From: Candidatus Aminicenantes bacterium
Lineage (GTDB): Bacteria; Acidobacteriota; Aminicenantia; Aminicenantales; UBA4085
Direction: 5' to 3'
Assembly: GCA_963848835.1 (NCBI GenBank)
Contig: CAWKFB010000007.1
Location: forward strand, 6,366-70,365
Length of the DNA stretch: 64,000 nt
Of this stretch, positions 49,732-58,547 are shown one piece after another (the first letter of the stretch is position 1; each line of letters begins with the position of its first letter). The translations under genes were made by a program, and so were the position numbers. The notes under the pieces are model-generated. The model did not search any database. It was given only the letters and a program-made list of their open reading frames with translations, and had not been told where the DNA came from.

Positions 49732-52700
49732 ATGAGCATTCTTAAGAAAAGCGTTTTCACGCTGCTCTCTCTCGCCTTGATCGCGTCCTTCGCGGTGGCC
49801 CAGACGCCGACCGGAAGGATCACGGGCAAGGTGACGGATGAGCAGGGCGTGTCCCTGCCGGGCGTGACGGTCGAAGCGACCAGCCCGCGCCTGGTGGGCA
49901 CCGCCTCCTCGATCACGGACGAGTCCGGAACATACCGGCTCCTCGCTCTCCCGTCGGGGACCTACACCATCACGTTCTCGATGCCGGGCTTCAAGCAGAA
50001 GATCCGTACGGGCATCATCCTGCAGCTCGAGCAGACCCTGAGCCTGAATGAGACCCTCACTCAGAGCGCGGTTGCCGAAGAGATCACGGTCGTCGGGCAG
50101 AGCCCGCTGATCGACGTCAAATCGACGACCAAGGGCACGACGATGTCCAAGGACGTCTTCATGCAGCTGCCCCGCAGCCGGAACTTCCAGGGACTGCTGT
50201 CCACGGTTCCAGGCGTCCAGACCGAAGGCATGCAGGGCGGATTGTCCGTCGACGGCGCCTCCGGAACAGAGAACGTCTACTATGTTGACGGGACGAACGT
50301 TTCCAACATCCACAACGGCCTCGTGGTGCAGGGCGGCGTGGTCATGGAGCAGCTCGAGGAAGTCAAGGTTACGGCTTCCGGGTACAGCGCCGAGTTCGGC
50401 GGCTCCATGGGCGGCGTGATCAACGTCATCACCCGGTCCGGCGGAAACGAGTTCCACGGCGACATCTTCGGGTACTACAACAACAATAGTCTCCTGTTCC
50501 AGGGGAAAGACCGCGACTATCTGCGGATCAACCCCTACTGGGAGAACCCGCTGGACGCCGCGGATATCGAGTACGTCAACGACGACGACATCTATTACAA
50601 CGGCGGTAAAGACCGCAACAACTACCAGAGGTTCGAAGGCGTCTTCAACCTGGGCGGGTACGTCATGAAGGACAAGCTGTGGTTCTTCGCCTCCTTCAAC
50701 CCGACCTACGGCAGCACGACCGCCAATCGCTGGTTCATGACCGACCCGGTCAATCTGGCCGCGGCCAAGGTTCCGGGCGACACGAGGCAAGACCCGCAGC
50801 AGGGCCGCCAGACCTACGAGTTCGCCAGCAAGAACCTCTATCTCTACTGGCAGGCCAAGCTGACCGCGCAGCCGTTCAAGGGCATGCGCGTGTCCCTGTC
50901 CGGCGTCAGCAACTTCTCCAGGTCCTTCGGCGGTGAAATCCCCTCGATCGCCGGGACGTCCGCCAAGAACTATCCGTGGAACAGGGGCTGGGATAACACC
51001 ATTCTTCCCGGCAAGGAATCCCGCTGGGGCTATCCCAACATTTCCGGTAACCTGACCGCGGACTGGACCGTCAGCAACAACTTCCTGGTCAGCCTGCGCG
51101 GCGGCTACCAGAGGACCAACACGACCGGCCAGGAAATGGTCATGCCGACCACCCGGTACGCGTTCTCCGGCTCGAACACCTCGACCACGACGTACCCCGA
51201 GATCCCGGACAGCCTCCGGCACTCCTCGGGCTGGACGAACTGGTCGGCCTCGATGTACGAGTACAAGAAGTGGATCTACGGCCGGGCGAGCGTCAACCTC
51301 GACATGACCTATTACTTCAGCATCGCCGGCGAGCACGCGATCAAGTTCGGCGCCCAGTTCATCCGGCCCTTTGAGGATGTCGACGCCTCCTCGGCCCATC
51401 CTTACGTCACCGTGGTCTGGGGCAACTACTACCAGTGGCCCGACGGCCAGAAAGTCCAGGGCAAGTACGGCAACTACCAGATCCGGGGAAGCTTCGTTTC
51501 GCCCTACGGCAACTTCTGGGCGATTCACAGCGACAACTGGGCCCTTTACCTCCAGGATTCCTGGACGATCGGCGACCGCCTGACCCTGAACCTCGGCGTC
51601 CGGACCGAGAGCGAATATGTCCCGGCCATGTCCACGGACACCACGCTCCCCGGTTACTCGGCCAAGCCGATCCAGTTCGGTTTCGACCAGAAGCTGGCCC
51701 CCCGCCTGGGCGTCATCTATGACGTCTTCGGCGACTCCAGCCTGAAGGTCTTCGGCAGCTTCGGGATCTACTACGACGTCATGAAGCTGTACATGGCGGA
51801 AGGCGCGTACGGCGGGTTCAAGTGGTGGACGAGCTACTTCACGCTCGACGACTACGACTTCACCAAGATCGCGGCCAATGGCGATGTCACCGACAAGGCC
51901 AGCCAGACCGCCACGAACACCTACTTCGGCTCCCGCAACTGGCGGACCGGCTCGTTCGAAGCCACCGAGCCCAACATGAAGCCCGTCGCCCAGTCCGAGG
52001 TCTCCTTCGGCGCGGAAAAGAAGCTGACCGAGGAGATCTCCCTCGGCGCCCGGTTCGTCTACAAGCACCTCATCCGCACGATCGAGGACATCGGCTATTA
52101 CGACGCCGACTTCAACGAGCAGTATTTCATCGGCAACCCCGCCGAAGGCAAGGGCCTCCCGGTTTCGCAGGGCGGCATCTTCTCCGACAACTTCTGGCCC
52201 GCCCCCAAGCCGAAACGGGAATACTACGCCCTCAACCTGTCGGTGGAAAAGCGTTTCTCCAACAACTGGCAGGGCGGGTTCAACTACACCTGGAGCCAGA
52301 TGACGGGGAACTACGGCGGTCTGTCGTCCTCGGACGAGAGCGGCCGGAACTCGCCGAACGTCGAGCGGTATTGGGACATGTGGTTCGAGCGCTACGACAT
52401 CCACGGGAAAGCCTATGACGGCATCCTCCCCTCGGACCGCACCCACTACTTCAAAGCGTTCGGGTCCTACGCCTTCCCGTTCGGGCTGACGGTCGGATTC
52501 GTCGGCTACGCCCGGAGCGGCCTGCCGCGGAACACGAACCTGAGCTTCAACGACATGCAGGTGTTCCCGGACGGCTACAACAACCTCGACCAGCGCACTC
52601 CGTTCACGATGTGGGCGGACCTGTATCTTGAGTACAACCTCAGGATCGCCAAGCGCTACACGGTCAACCTCAACGCGACGATCAGCAACGTCACCAACAC

Positions 52701-52911
52701 GTCCACGATTCAGGCTTACTACGACCGGTATAACTACTCCATGCTCCGCCTGACGGACGATGAGCTCCTCGCTCAGGCCACGAACTATGTGGATTGGAAG
52801 CAGCTGGTTGCCACGAAGATCACCGTCAACCCGCTTGACCCGCGCTATGGCATGTGGACCAGCCGGTTCGGCTCCTGGTCCTGGCGCCTGGGCGCCCGGT
52901 TCTCCTTCTAA
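49732..52911 (+). CDS. TonB-dependent receptor-like outer-membrane protein with N-terminal CarboxypepD_reg domain
   Basis: Signal peptide; GRITGKVTDEQGVSLPGVTVEA..GTYRLLALPSGTYTITF (carboxypeptidase-regulatory-like); plug region; ~900 aa beta-barrel; C-terminal ..GARFSF. Confidence 0.8.
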   Translation: MSILKKSVFTLLSLALIASFAVAQTPTGRITGKVTDEQGVSLPGVTVEATSPRLVGTASSITDESGTYRLLALPSGTYTITFSMPGFKQKIRTGIILQLEQTLSLNETLTQSAVAEEITVVGQSPLIDVKSTTKGTTMSKDVFMQLPRSRNFQGLLSTVPGVQTEGMQGGLSVDGASGTENVYYVDGTNVSNIHNGLVVQGGVVMEQLEEVKVTASGYSAEFGGSMGGVINVITRSGGNEFHGDIFGYYNNNSLLFQGKDRDYLRINPYWENPLDAADIEYVNDDDIYYNGGKDRNNYQRFEGVFNLGGYVMKDKLWFFASFNPTYGSTTANRWFMTDPVNLAAAKVPGDTRQDPQQGRQTYEFASKNLYLYWQAKLTAQPFKGMRVSLSGVSNFSRSFGGEIPSIAGTSAKNYPWNRGWDNTILPGKESRWGYPNISGNLTADWTVSNNFLVSLRGGYQRTNTTGQEMVMPTTRYAFSGSNTSTTTYPEIPDSLRHSSGWTNWSASMYEYKKWIYGRASVNLDMTYYFSIAGEHAIKFGAQFIRPFEDVDASSAHPYVTVVWGNYYQWPDGQKVQGKYGNYQIRGSFVSPYGNFWAIHSDNWALYLQDSWTIGDRLTLNLGVRTESEYVPAMSTDTTLPGYSAKPIQFGFDQKLAPRLGVIYDVFGDSSLKVFGSFGIYYDVMKLYMAEGAYGGFKWWTSYFTLDDYDFTKIAANGDVTDKASQTATNTYFGSRNWRTGSFEATEPNMKPVAQSEVSFGAEKKLTEEISLGARFVYKHLIRTIEDIGYYDADFNEQYFIGNPAEGKGLPVSQGGIFSDNFWPAPKPKREYYALNLSVEKRFSNNWQGGFNYTWSQMTGNYGGLSSSDESGRNSPNVERYWDMWFERYDIHGKAYDGILPSDRTHYFKAFGSYAFPFGLTVGFVGYARSGLPRNTNLSFNDMQVFPDGYNNLDQRTPFTMWADLYLEYNLRIAKRYTVNLNATISNVTNTSTIQAYYDRYNYSMLRLTDDELLAQATNYVDWKQLVATKITVNPLDPRYGMWTSRFGSWSWRLGARFSF

Positions 52912-52967
52912 GCAGGACGGGGTTTAGCCCAAGCACGAGCAGAAGCAGGTATCGCAGCTAAGATACA

Positions 52968-53006
52968 CCGGCCCGGCGCCCTTCGGGGCGCCGGGCCATT
53001 TTTTTA
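52968..53006 (+). terminator. rho-independent terminator after the TonB-dependent receptor gene
   Basis: CCGGCCCGGCGCCCTTCGGGGCGCCGGGCC followed by ATTTTTTT. Confidence 0.8.
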
Positions 53007-54126
53007 ATCGGGGGACGTAGCACTCATTCCCCGATTTCGTATAACAAAAATCGTCAGATGGCGGCTTTTATTTCTCTTTATCGGGGGACGTAGCACTTAT
53101 TCCCCAATTTTGTTCTAACAATAAACGTCAGATTGGGGGCTTTTATTTCTCGGGATCGAGGCCCTGGAAAACGGGCGATGTCAAAATCTCCATCCTTCTT
53201 TTCCTTCCCGCCGACTTTGGCGCGAGAGACCGCCCTGCCAGCCTTTCGAGATTTTCGATGAATTCCTTTGATCCAAGCGGCCGTCCTGTTCGCGCGTGGA
53301 GCTTGATCTCTCTTTCGAGTTCAGGTGAATCTTCCGCCTGGAGAAAGAGGGACCAATCCGGAACATCAATGAACTCGCGAATATCCGTCAGCCGGAGAAG
53401 TGATTTCCGCGTTCCGGATACGTGCTCCGCGGCGCTCGACCAGGGATAGTCTTCAGCCTTTTTAACGAGGCCGGCTTTGACCGGATTTCGCTCCGTATAT
53501 CTAACGCAATTGAATAGATAGGCGGCATCCATTGGAAAGGAATGATAACGGCCATCCCAGAGATTGCCGGTCCAGCTCTCCCTGGCGTTGATGATCAGAG
53601 TGTATTTCCTCTTTATTTCCGCAATACATTTGGCGAAGCTTGATTCCGTCTTGGGGATTGCGTTCAGGTGGAAGTGGTTGTTCATAAGGCAATACGCTAG
53701 GAACACGACACCGAATTTCTCTCCGCATTCATCTAAAAGCTTGAGAAAGAGCATTTTATCCGAGTCGAGGATGAAGACGTCGGCTTTATGATTCCCCCGA
53801 TTATAGATGTGAAACGGAACACCTGGGAAAACGACTCTCGCAATTCTGGGCATCGGGTTCATCTCCAGATGTCGATATTGAGCTCAATAAAACGAACGTG
53901 TCCCGGAATGTCAATTTCTCACTCTGGAGACGGAAACAATGGCTATTCATCGAAGGAATATATTGGGCTTCGGTTAGCCCATAATAGATTGATATAAAAT
54001 GAGTTACCTGTGTTAAGCAAAGAATCAGAATTCAACACTCTGGCGGGGTAAAAAGAATCCGAGCAGTGGTTATTACGGCGAGAAGTGATTGACGAAATTT
54101 GCTTACGAAATCGGGGAATAAGTGCT
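53007..54126 (-). mobile_element. REP-RAYT unit: IS200/IS605-like Y1 (HuH) REP-associated tyrosine transposase flanked by REP hairpins
   Basis: Two direct ~72 bp units carry the REP ATCGGGGGACGTAGCACT(C/T)ATTCCCC (53007-53035, 53080-53106). An inverted copy ATCGGGGAATAAGTGCTACGTCCCCCGAT lies at 54098-54126. The block is AT-rich compared with its surroundings. Confidence 0.75.
53143..53862 (-). CDS. REP-associated tyrosine transposase (RAYT, Y1 HuH transposase IS200-like)
   Basis: FHIYNRGNHKADVF..LAYCLMNNHFHLNAIP (HuH motif), catalytic Tyr region ..RYHSF..; 239 aa. Confidence 0.8.
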   Translation of the reverse strand: MNPMPRIARVVFPGVPFHIYNRGNHKADVFILDSDKMLFLKLLDECGEKFGVVFLAYCLMNNHFHLNAIPKTESSFAKCIAEIKRKYTLIINARESWTGNLWDGRYHSFPMDAAYLFNCVRYTERNPVKAGLVKKAEDYPWSSAAEHVSGTRKSLLRLTDIREFIDVPDWSLFLQAEDSPELEREIKLHARTGRPLGSKEFIENLERLAGRSLAPKSAGRKRRMEILTSPVFQGLDPEK

Positions 54127-54137
54127 ACGTCCCCCGA

Positions 54138-56402
54138 TTATTTCTTAATAAGACGCGCGAGCTCGGCGCGGGCGCCGGCGATCTTTTCTTCCGGCTCGCC
54201 CTGCGGCGCCTGGAGGTACTGCTCGAGGCAGCGGATCGCGTCGGCGGTCTGCCCCTTCTCCCGGTAGGCGAGGGCCAGGTTGTACAGCGCGTCGGGATTG
54301 GGCCCCCCGGCGAGGATGCGGTTGAAGCACTCGATGGATTTGTCGAAATTCCGGGTCATCCCGTAGGCGATCCCGAGCTGGCGGAGGAAGCCGATCTCCT
54401 TTGGATAGTCCCGGGAAAGCCTTTCCAGGACCCCGATCGCCTCCTCGAGCCGTCCGCTCGTGGCGAGATTTCCCGCGTAAGCGGTCCGAAGGAACTTGTT
54501 CTCCGGCTCGGCCGCCAATCCCTCCTCAAAATAGGCGCTCGCTTCGGCCTTTTTCCCCGTGTTGTCCAGGATGACCGCGACGGCCGTCAGGGCGTCGATC
54601 GACTTCGGGTTTCGTTGGAGCGCCTCGCTCATCGTCCCGAACGCTTCCTGCGTCCGTCCCTCGACGAGATACGTGTAGCCGAGCCGCAGCAGCAGCGTCT
54701 CGTTCCCCGGGATGCGCTCCAAGCCGAGCTTGAGCGTCGCCACCGCGGCGTCCATCTTCTTCTCCCGGGCCTGGACCAGGGCCAGGCTGACATACGAGGA
54801 CGCGGAAAACGGCCGGAGGCCGACCATCCTTTCATATAGGGCGGCCGCCGTGGCGAGATCGCCTCGGAATTCCGCGTTTTCGGCGTCCTGGTACATTTTC
54901 AGCTCGTCGCGCTTGTCCTTGGGATCGGGCTCGAGGGCCGAAGCTCCGCTCGCGCCCGCCTCCCCGGCTCCCTTATCCGAGAAGCCGACGTATCCGAGCG
55001 AGCGGAGCCGGCTCTCTTCCTCGGCGGTCAGCGTCCTCTTCCCTGAGGCGGCGCCGGGGGCGAGGCTGTCCTTGACCGTCCGGTCGAGCCCGTCGCGCAT
55101 CTCCCGGACGGTCCGCGCCTCCCCGACGATGCGGTTGTCCCGCTCGCCCGGGTCGCGGCCGAGGTCGTACAGCTCCTCCTTGGGGGCGCGGATGTATTTC
55201 CAGTCCTTGACGATGAGCCCGCTGAGCGGAGCCCAGCCGAAATTCTCTCTCGGGTAGTACGTCTCGATATAAGTATCGAGATCGGCCCGCTCCTTTTTCC
55301 GGATGTAGGGGAGAAGGCTCACGCCTTGCGTTCCCTCCGGAGCGGGGCGGCCCATCAGATCGAGAACGGTCGGCATCAGGTCGATCAGCCGGACCCGGGG
55401 CGCGACGACGGCCCCCGCCGGCAAATGCCCCTCGGCCGCCATGATGAGCGGCACGCGGAGCGTCTCGTCGTAGAGGAAGACGCCGTGCCCCCATTCGCCT
55501 TTGTCGCCCAAGCCCTCGCCGTGGTCGCCGGCCACGACGACCACGGTCCGCCCGAGGAGACCGCGGTCGCGGAGCTTGGCCATGACCCGGCCGAAGACGA
55601 AGTCCATGTACGCGATCTCTCCGTCGTACGGCCGGCCGGAGAATTCCTCGCTGTACGGCGAGGGCGGGTTGTAGGGGATGTGGGGATCGAAGAAATGGAC
55701 CCAGCCGAAGAACGGTTCGGCCGGGTTGGCGTCCATCCAGTCCGAAAAGAGGCCGTAGACCTGTTCGGCCCGCCGCTCGGCGTTCGCCGCCTTGAACGGC
55801 GATCCTTCCTGGTAGTTGTCGTCGTAGTGGTCGAAACCTTGGGCCAGCCCGAAGCGCGAATCCACCGAGAACGAGGCGACGAAGGCCGCCGTGGCGTAGC
55901 CGTCGGCCTTCAGGACCTCGGCCAACGTCGTCCGGTCCGCCGCAAGCTCATACGCGCCGTTATTATGGACGCCGGTCGCGACCGGGTTCTGCCCGGTCAT
56001 GATCGAGGCGTGGCTCGGGAGCGTCAGGGGGACCGGGGCGTAGGCGTTGGAAAAGCGCACGCCGGACGCGGCCAGAGCGTCGAGATTGGGCGTCTTGACT
56101 CCCGCCGCCCCGTAGCATCCCAGATGGTCGGCCCGGGTCGTGTCGAGGGTGATGAGCAGGACGTTGAGGCGCTCCCCGCGGCTGACGGCCGGGCCCCCGC
56201 GGAGAAGGAAGAAAGCCGCGATCGCGGCCAGGATCAGGACGGCCGCGATGCCTAGGGAAGCTGTTCTTCGCGGCGGGCGCTTTCCGGCCGGCGCGGGAGC
56301 GGGGGCCGGTCCGGACGCGCGGACGGCCGGCTTGGGCCCATCGGGGCGGGGCCCCTCCGTTCGGTCCGGCCGGCGCGGCTTGTGGTGCTTGCGTTTCGCC
56401 AC
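54138..56402 (-). CDS. sulfatase-family hydrolase (alkaline-phosphatase superfamily) with C-terminal TPR repeats, membrane-anchored
   Basis: TM helix; LNVLLITLDTTRADHLGCYG.., SHASIMTG, GDHGEGLGDKGEWGHG; C-terminal ~300 aa of TPR. Confidence 0.8.
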   Translation of the reverse strand: MAKRKHHKPRRPDRTEGPRPDGPKPAVRASGPAPAPAPAGKRPPRRTASLGIAAVLILAAIAAFFLLRGGPAVSRGERLNVLLITLDTTRADHLGCYGAAGVKTPNLDALAASGVRFSNAYAPVPLTLPSHASIMTGQNPVATGVHNNGAYELAADRTTLAEVLKADGYATAAFVASFSVDSRFGLAQGFDHYDDNYQEGSPFKAANAERRAEQVYGLFSDWMDANPAEPFFGWVHFFDPHIPYNPPSPYSEEFSGRPYDGEIAYMDFVFGRVMAKLRDRGLLGRTVVVVAGDHGEGLGDKGEWGHGVFLYDETLRVPLIMAAEGHLPAGAVVAPRVRLIDLMPTVLDLMGRPAPEGTQGVSLLPYIRKKERADLDTYIETYYPRENFGWAPLSGLIVKDWKYIRAPKEELYDLGRDPGERDNRIVGEARTVREMRDGLDRTVKDSLAPGAASGKRTLTAEEESRLRSLGYVGFSDKGAGEAGASGASALEPDPKDKRDELKMYQDAENAEFRGDLATAAALYERMVGLRPFSASSYVSLALVQAREKKMDAAVATLKLGLERIPGNETLLLRLGYTYLVEGRTQEAFGTMSEALQRNPKSIDALTAVAVILDNTGKKAEASAYFEEGLAAEPENKFLRTAYAGNLATSGRLEEAIGVLERLSRDYPKEIGFLRQLGIAYGMTRNFDKSIECFNRILAGGPNPDALYNLALAYREKGQTADAIRCLEQYLQAPQGEPEEKIAGARAELARLIKK

Positions 56403-56412
56403 GGGGCGGCGG

Positions 56413-57378
56413 TCACTTCTTGACGGCGTTCAGGATGTTTTGGGCCAGCGCGGCCCGCGGCCCCTCCGGCTCGAGGGTCAGGAACTTCTCGAGGCTCTCG
56501 ATGGCCTTGGGGTTGTCGGCTTTGTTGAGGTAGACATAGCCGAGCTTGAGGTACGGGTCCGGCCAATCCGGCTTGATCTGGGCGGCCAAAGCGAAATACT
56601 TGAGGGCGTCGTCGAACGCCTGGTTCGAGAAGTAAATCTCGCCGACATTGTAGGCGAGGATCTCGTCCTTCGGGGAGTTCTCGATGGACTGGCGGAAAAG
56701 GTCCTGGGCTTCGGTCATCTTGCCCTGCTTCAGGTAGCAGTTGCCGATCCCGGCCAGGGCCTTGGCCGTCATCTCCCTGCCCAGGGTCACGTCGAGCTTG
56801 GCCTGTTCCACCACGGCCTTGTACGTCTCGATGGCTTTCTCGAAGTCTCCCTTCTCCCGGTAGCAGTCGCCGATGCTCAGCTGGACCTGGTAGAGGTTCG
56901 GGTTTTTGCTCAGGAATTCCTGGTAGGCCGCGATGGCTTCGTCGAACTTCTGTTCCTTGAAGAGCGCGTTGCCCTTCTCGAGGATGGCGAAGGTGGCTTC
57001 GTCGGCAACGACGCCCGCGCCCTTGGTGATCTTCTGGAGATGGACCACGACCTTCGGGTTCACCGAGAGCTGGCTGACGTACAGCGTCTTGTCCTGGGGC
57101 ATGTAGCCCGTGATCACGGCGGTCATGGTCCAGTTGCCCGTGCCGAGCCCAAGGAAGGACCATTCGCCCTTCTTGTTCGACGTCGTCTCGAACTTGAGGC
57201 TGGGGTTGTCCGCGAACTGCAGGGTCAGCTTGACGCCCTCGAGCGGCTTCTCTTCGAGGTCGTAGACGATCCCGCCGAGCCGTCCGACGCCCCGTCCGGC
57301 CTGGCCGAAGGCCAGGCCTCCGGCGAGGAGAAGGATCGCCGCCAGAGCCGCTATGGTCTTCCGGGAGTGATGTTTCAT
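56413..57378 (-). CDS. secreted CarboxypepD_reg-like domain + TPR repeat protein
   Basis: Signal peptide; GIVYDLEEKPLEGVKLTLQ.. beta-sandwich, then TPR-like AYQEFLSKNPN.. repeats. Paralog of the 63038..63958 protein. Confidence 0.65.
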   Translation of the reverse strand: MKHHSRKTIAALAAILLLAGGLAFGQAGRGVGRLGGIVYDLEEKPLEGVKLTLQFADNPSLKFETTSNKKGEWSFLGLGTGNWTMTAVITGYMPQDKTLYVSQLSVNPKVVVHLQKITKGAGVVADEATFAILEKGNALFKEQKFDEAIAAYQEFLSKNPNLYQVQLSIGDCYREKGDFEKAIETYKAVVEQAKLDVTLGREMTAKALAGIGNCYLKQGKMTEAQDLFRQSIENSPKDEILAYNVGEIYFSNQAFDDALKYFALAAQIKPDWPDPYLKLGYVYLNKADNPKAIESLEKFLTLEPEGPRAALAQNILNAVKK

Positions 57379-57530
57379 TTCACGCCTCCACGAGAGTTAT
57401 GATGCAACTTATGTGCCAAAAATGCACACGATAAATGCGCCTGAATTCCGGCAAATCGGTATTTTAGCACGTTCCGCGCGGTAAAGGAAATTGCGTCCGG
57501 CCGGTTCACGAATGAGGTAGATACAAATTC

Positions 57531-58547
57531 CTAAAAGCTCTCTCGGCGGAGGGATTGCCCCGGAGCGAACATTGGGAGGGGGGCCCGGCTTCCGGGGGAA
57601 CCGCAGAGGTTCCCGTGAGCGAGGGGGCAATCCCGAAGCTTCTTCCGCTTCGAGACCGTGCCCTTGTCCGCCGAGTTCGCCAGGGTCACGACGAGAACGC
57701 GCGACTCGGGAGCGGGGGCGAACTCGAGGTCGATGACGTAGAATTCTCCGCGCAGGCCCTCGACCTTCTCTTCGGTCAGGGAGAGCGGATACGCGCTCGA
57801 GCTTTCCTGGGTCTTGGCTCCGGACGCGTCTTCGCCGATCAGCGTGACCGTCAGCGTCGTCCGCAGCTCCTTGTTGTCCCCGGAGGTCATCCAGATCTTG
57901 GCATAGGGAACCCGGAGGCGCACGCCGAGCCCCCCGGCCGGGCTCTTCTTCTCGACCGCCAGGTCGAATTCCAGGAGCGAAGCCCCCGCCTCGACCTGGG
58001 GCTTCCACGCGAGCTGCGTCTTCATGATCGTCGTGAGCTGGGCCGGGCTGGACGGATCGAGCCGGTAGTTCCCGGTCCAATCCGGATCGACGAAGACGAT
58101 GGGAAAGAACCCGTAATACCAAACCTCCGTCGGGATGCCGTAGAACGTCACCCCCCGCGGGTAGACCTCGCGCTCGGAAGGCGGGCCGAGGAGGATGTAG
58201 ATCCGGCCGCGGTCCTGGAGCCAGCCCGGCTCGCCGCCGTCGGTGAAGAGGTGATTGGCCTCGTCGATGCGCTGGAAGTACTGCGTCTTGAACTCGTTCT
58301 CCTCGGTGTCCGGGTCGGGGTCCCGTTTCTTCCAGAACTCCTCCATGAAGGCCGGCCGCTCGGCCGACGGCAGATTCAGGAAGATCCGGCGCTCCTCGGC
58401 GGTGACGAGATAGCGGACCTTGGAGATGAATTCGCGGCTCTCGGGCTCCATGCGGCGGATGAGACGGTACGAGCCGCAGGCCGAGGACAGGACGGCCAGA
58501 AGGAGGGCGAGGGCGGGGACGAGCCTGGGCGCGCGGTCCAGGGTCAT
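57531..58547 (-). CDS. GWxTD domain-containing lipoprotein
   Basis: Lipobox LSSAC; ..EFWKKRDPDPDTEENEF..GWLQDRGRIYILLGPP matches the GWxTD signature. The C-terminal about 30 codons are encoded by an intergenic-repeat copy. Confidence 0.65.
   Translation of the reverse strand: MTLDRAPRLVPALALLLAVLSSACGSYRLIRRMEPESREFISKVRYLVTAEERRIFLNLPSAERPAFMEEFWKKRDPDPDTEENEFKTQYFQRIDEANHLFTDGGEPGWLQDRGRIYILLGPPSEREVYPRGVTFYGIPTEVWYYGFFPIVFVDPDWTGNYRLDPSSPAQLTTIMKTQLAWKPQVEAGASLLEFDLAVEKKSPAGGLGVRLRVPYAKIWMTSGDNKELRTTLTVTLIGEDASGAKTQESSSAYPLSLTEEKVEGLRGEFYVIDLEFAPAPESRVLVVTLANSADKGTVSKRKKLRDCPLAHGNLCGSPGSRAPLPMFAPGQSLRRESF
57547..57640. repeat. copy of the intergenic repeat family embedded in the 3' end of a CDS
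   Basis: GGAGGGATTGCCCC GGAGCGAAC .. GGGGGAACCGCAGAGGTTCCC GTGAGCGA GGGGGCAATCCCGAAGC. Confidence 0.5.

Noticed and set aside
49615-52446. 943 aa minus-strand ORF
   Set aside because: Antisense to the TonB-dependent receptor gene. A compositional artefact.
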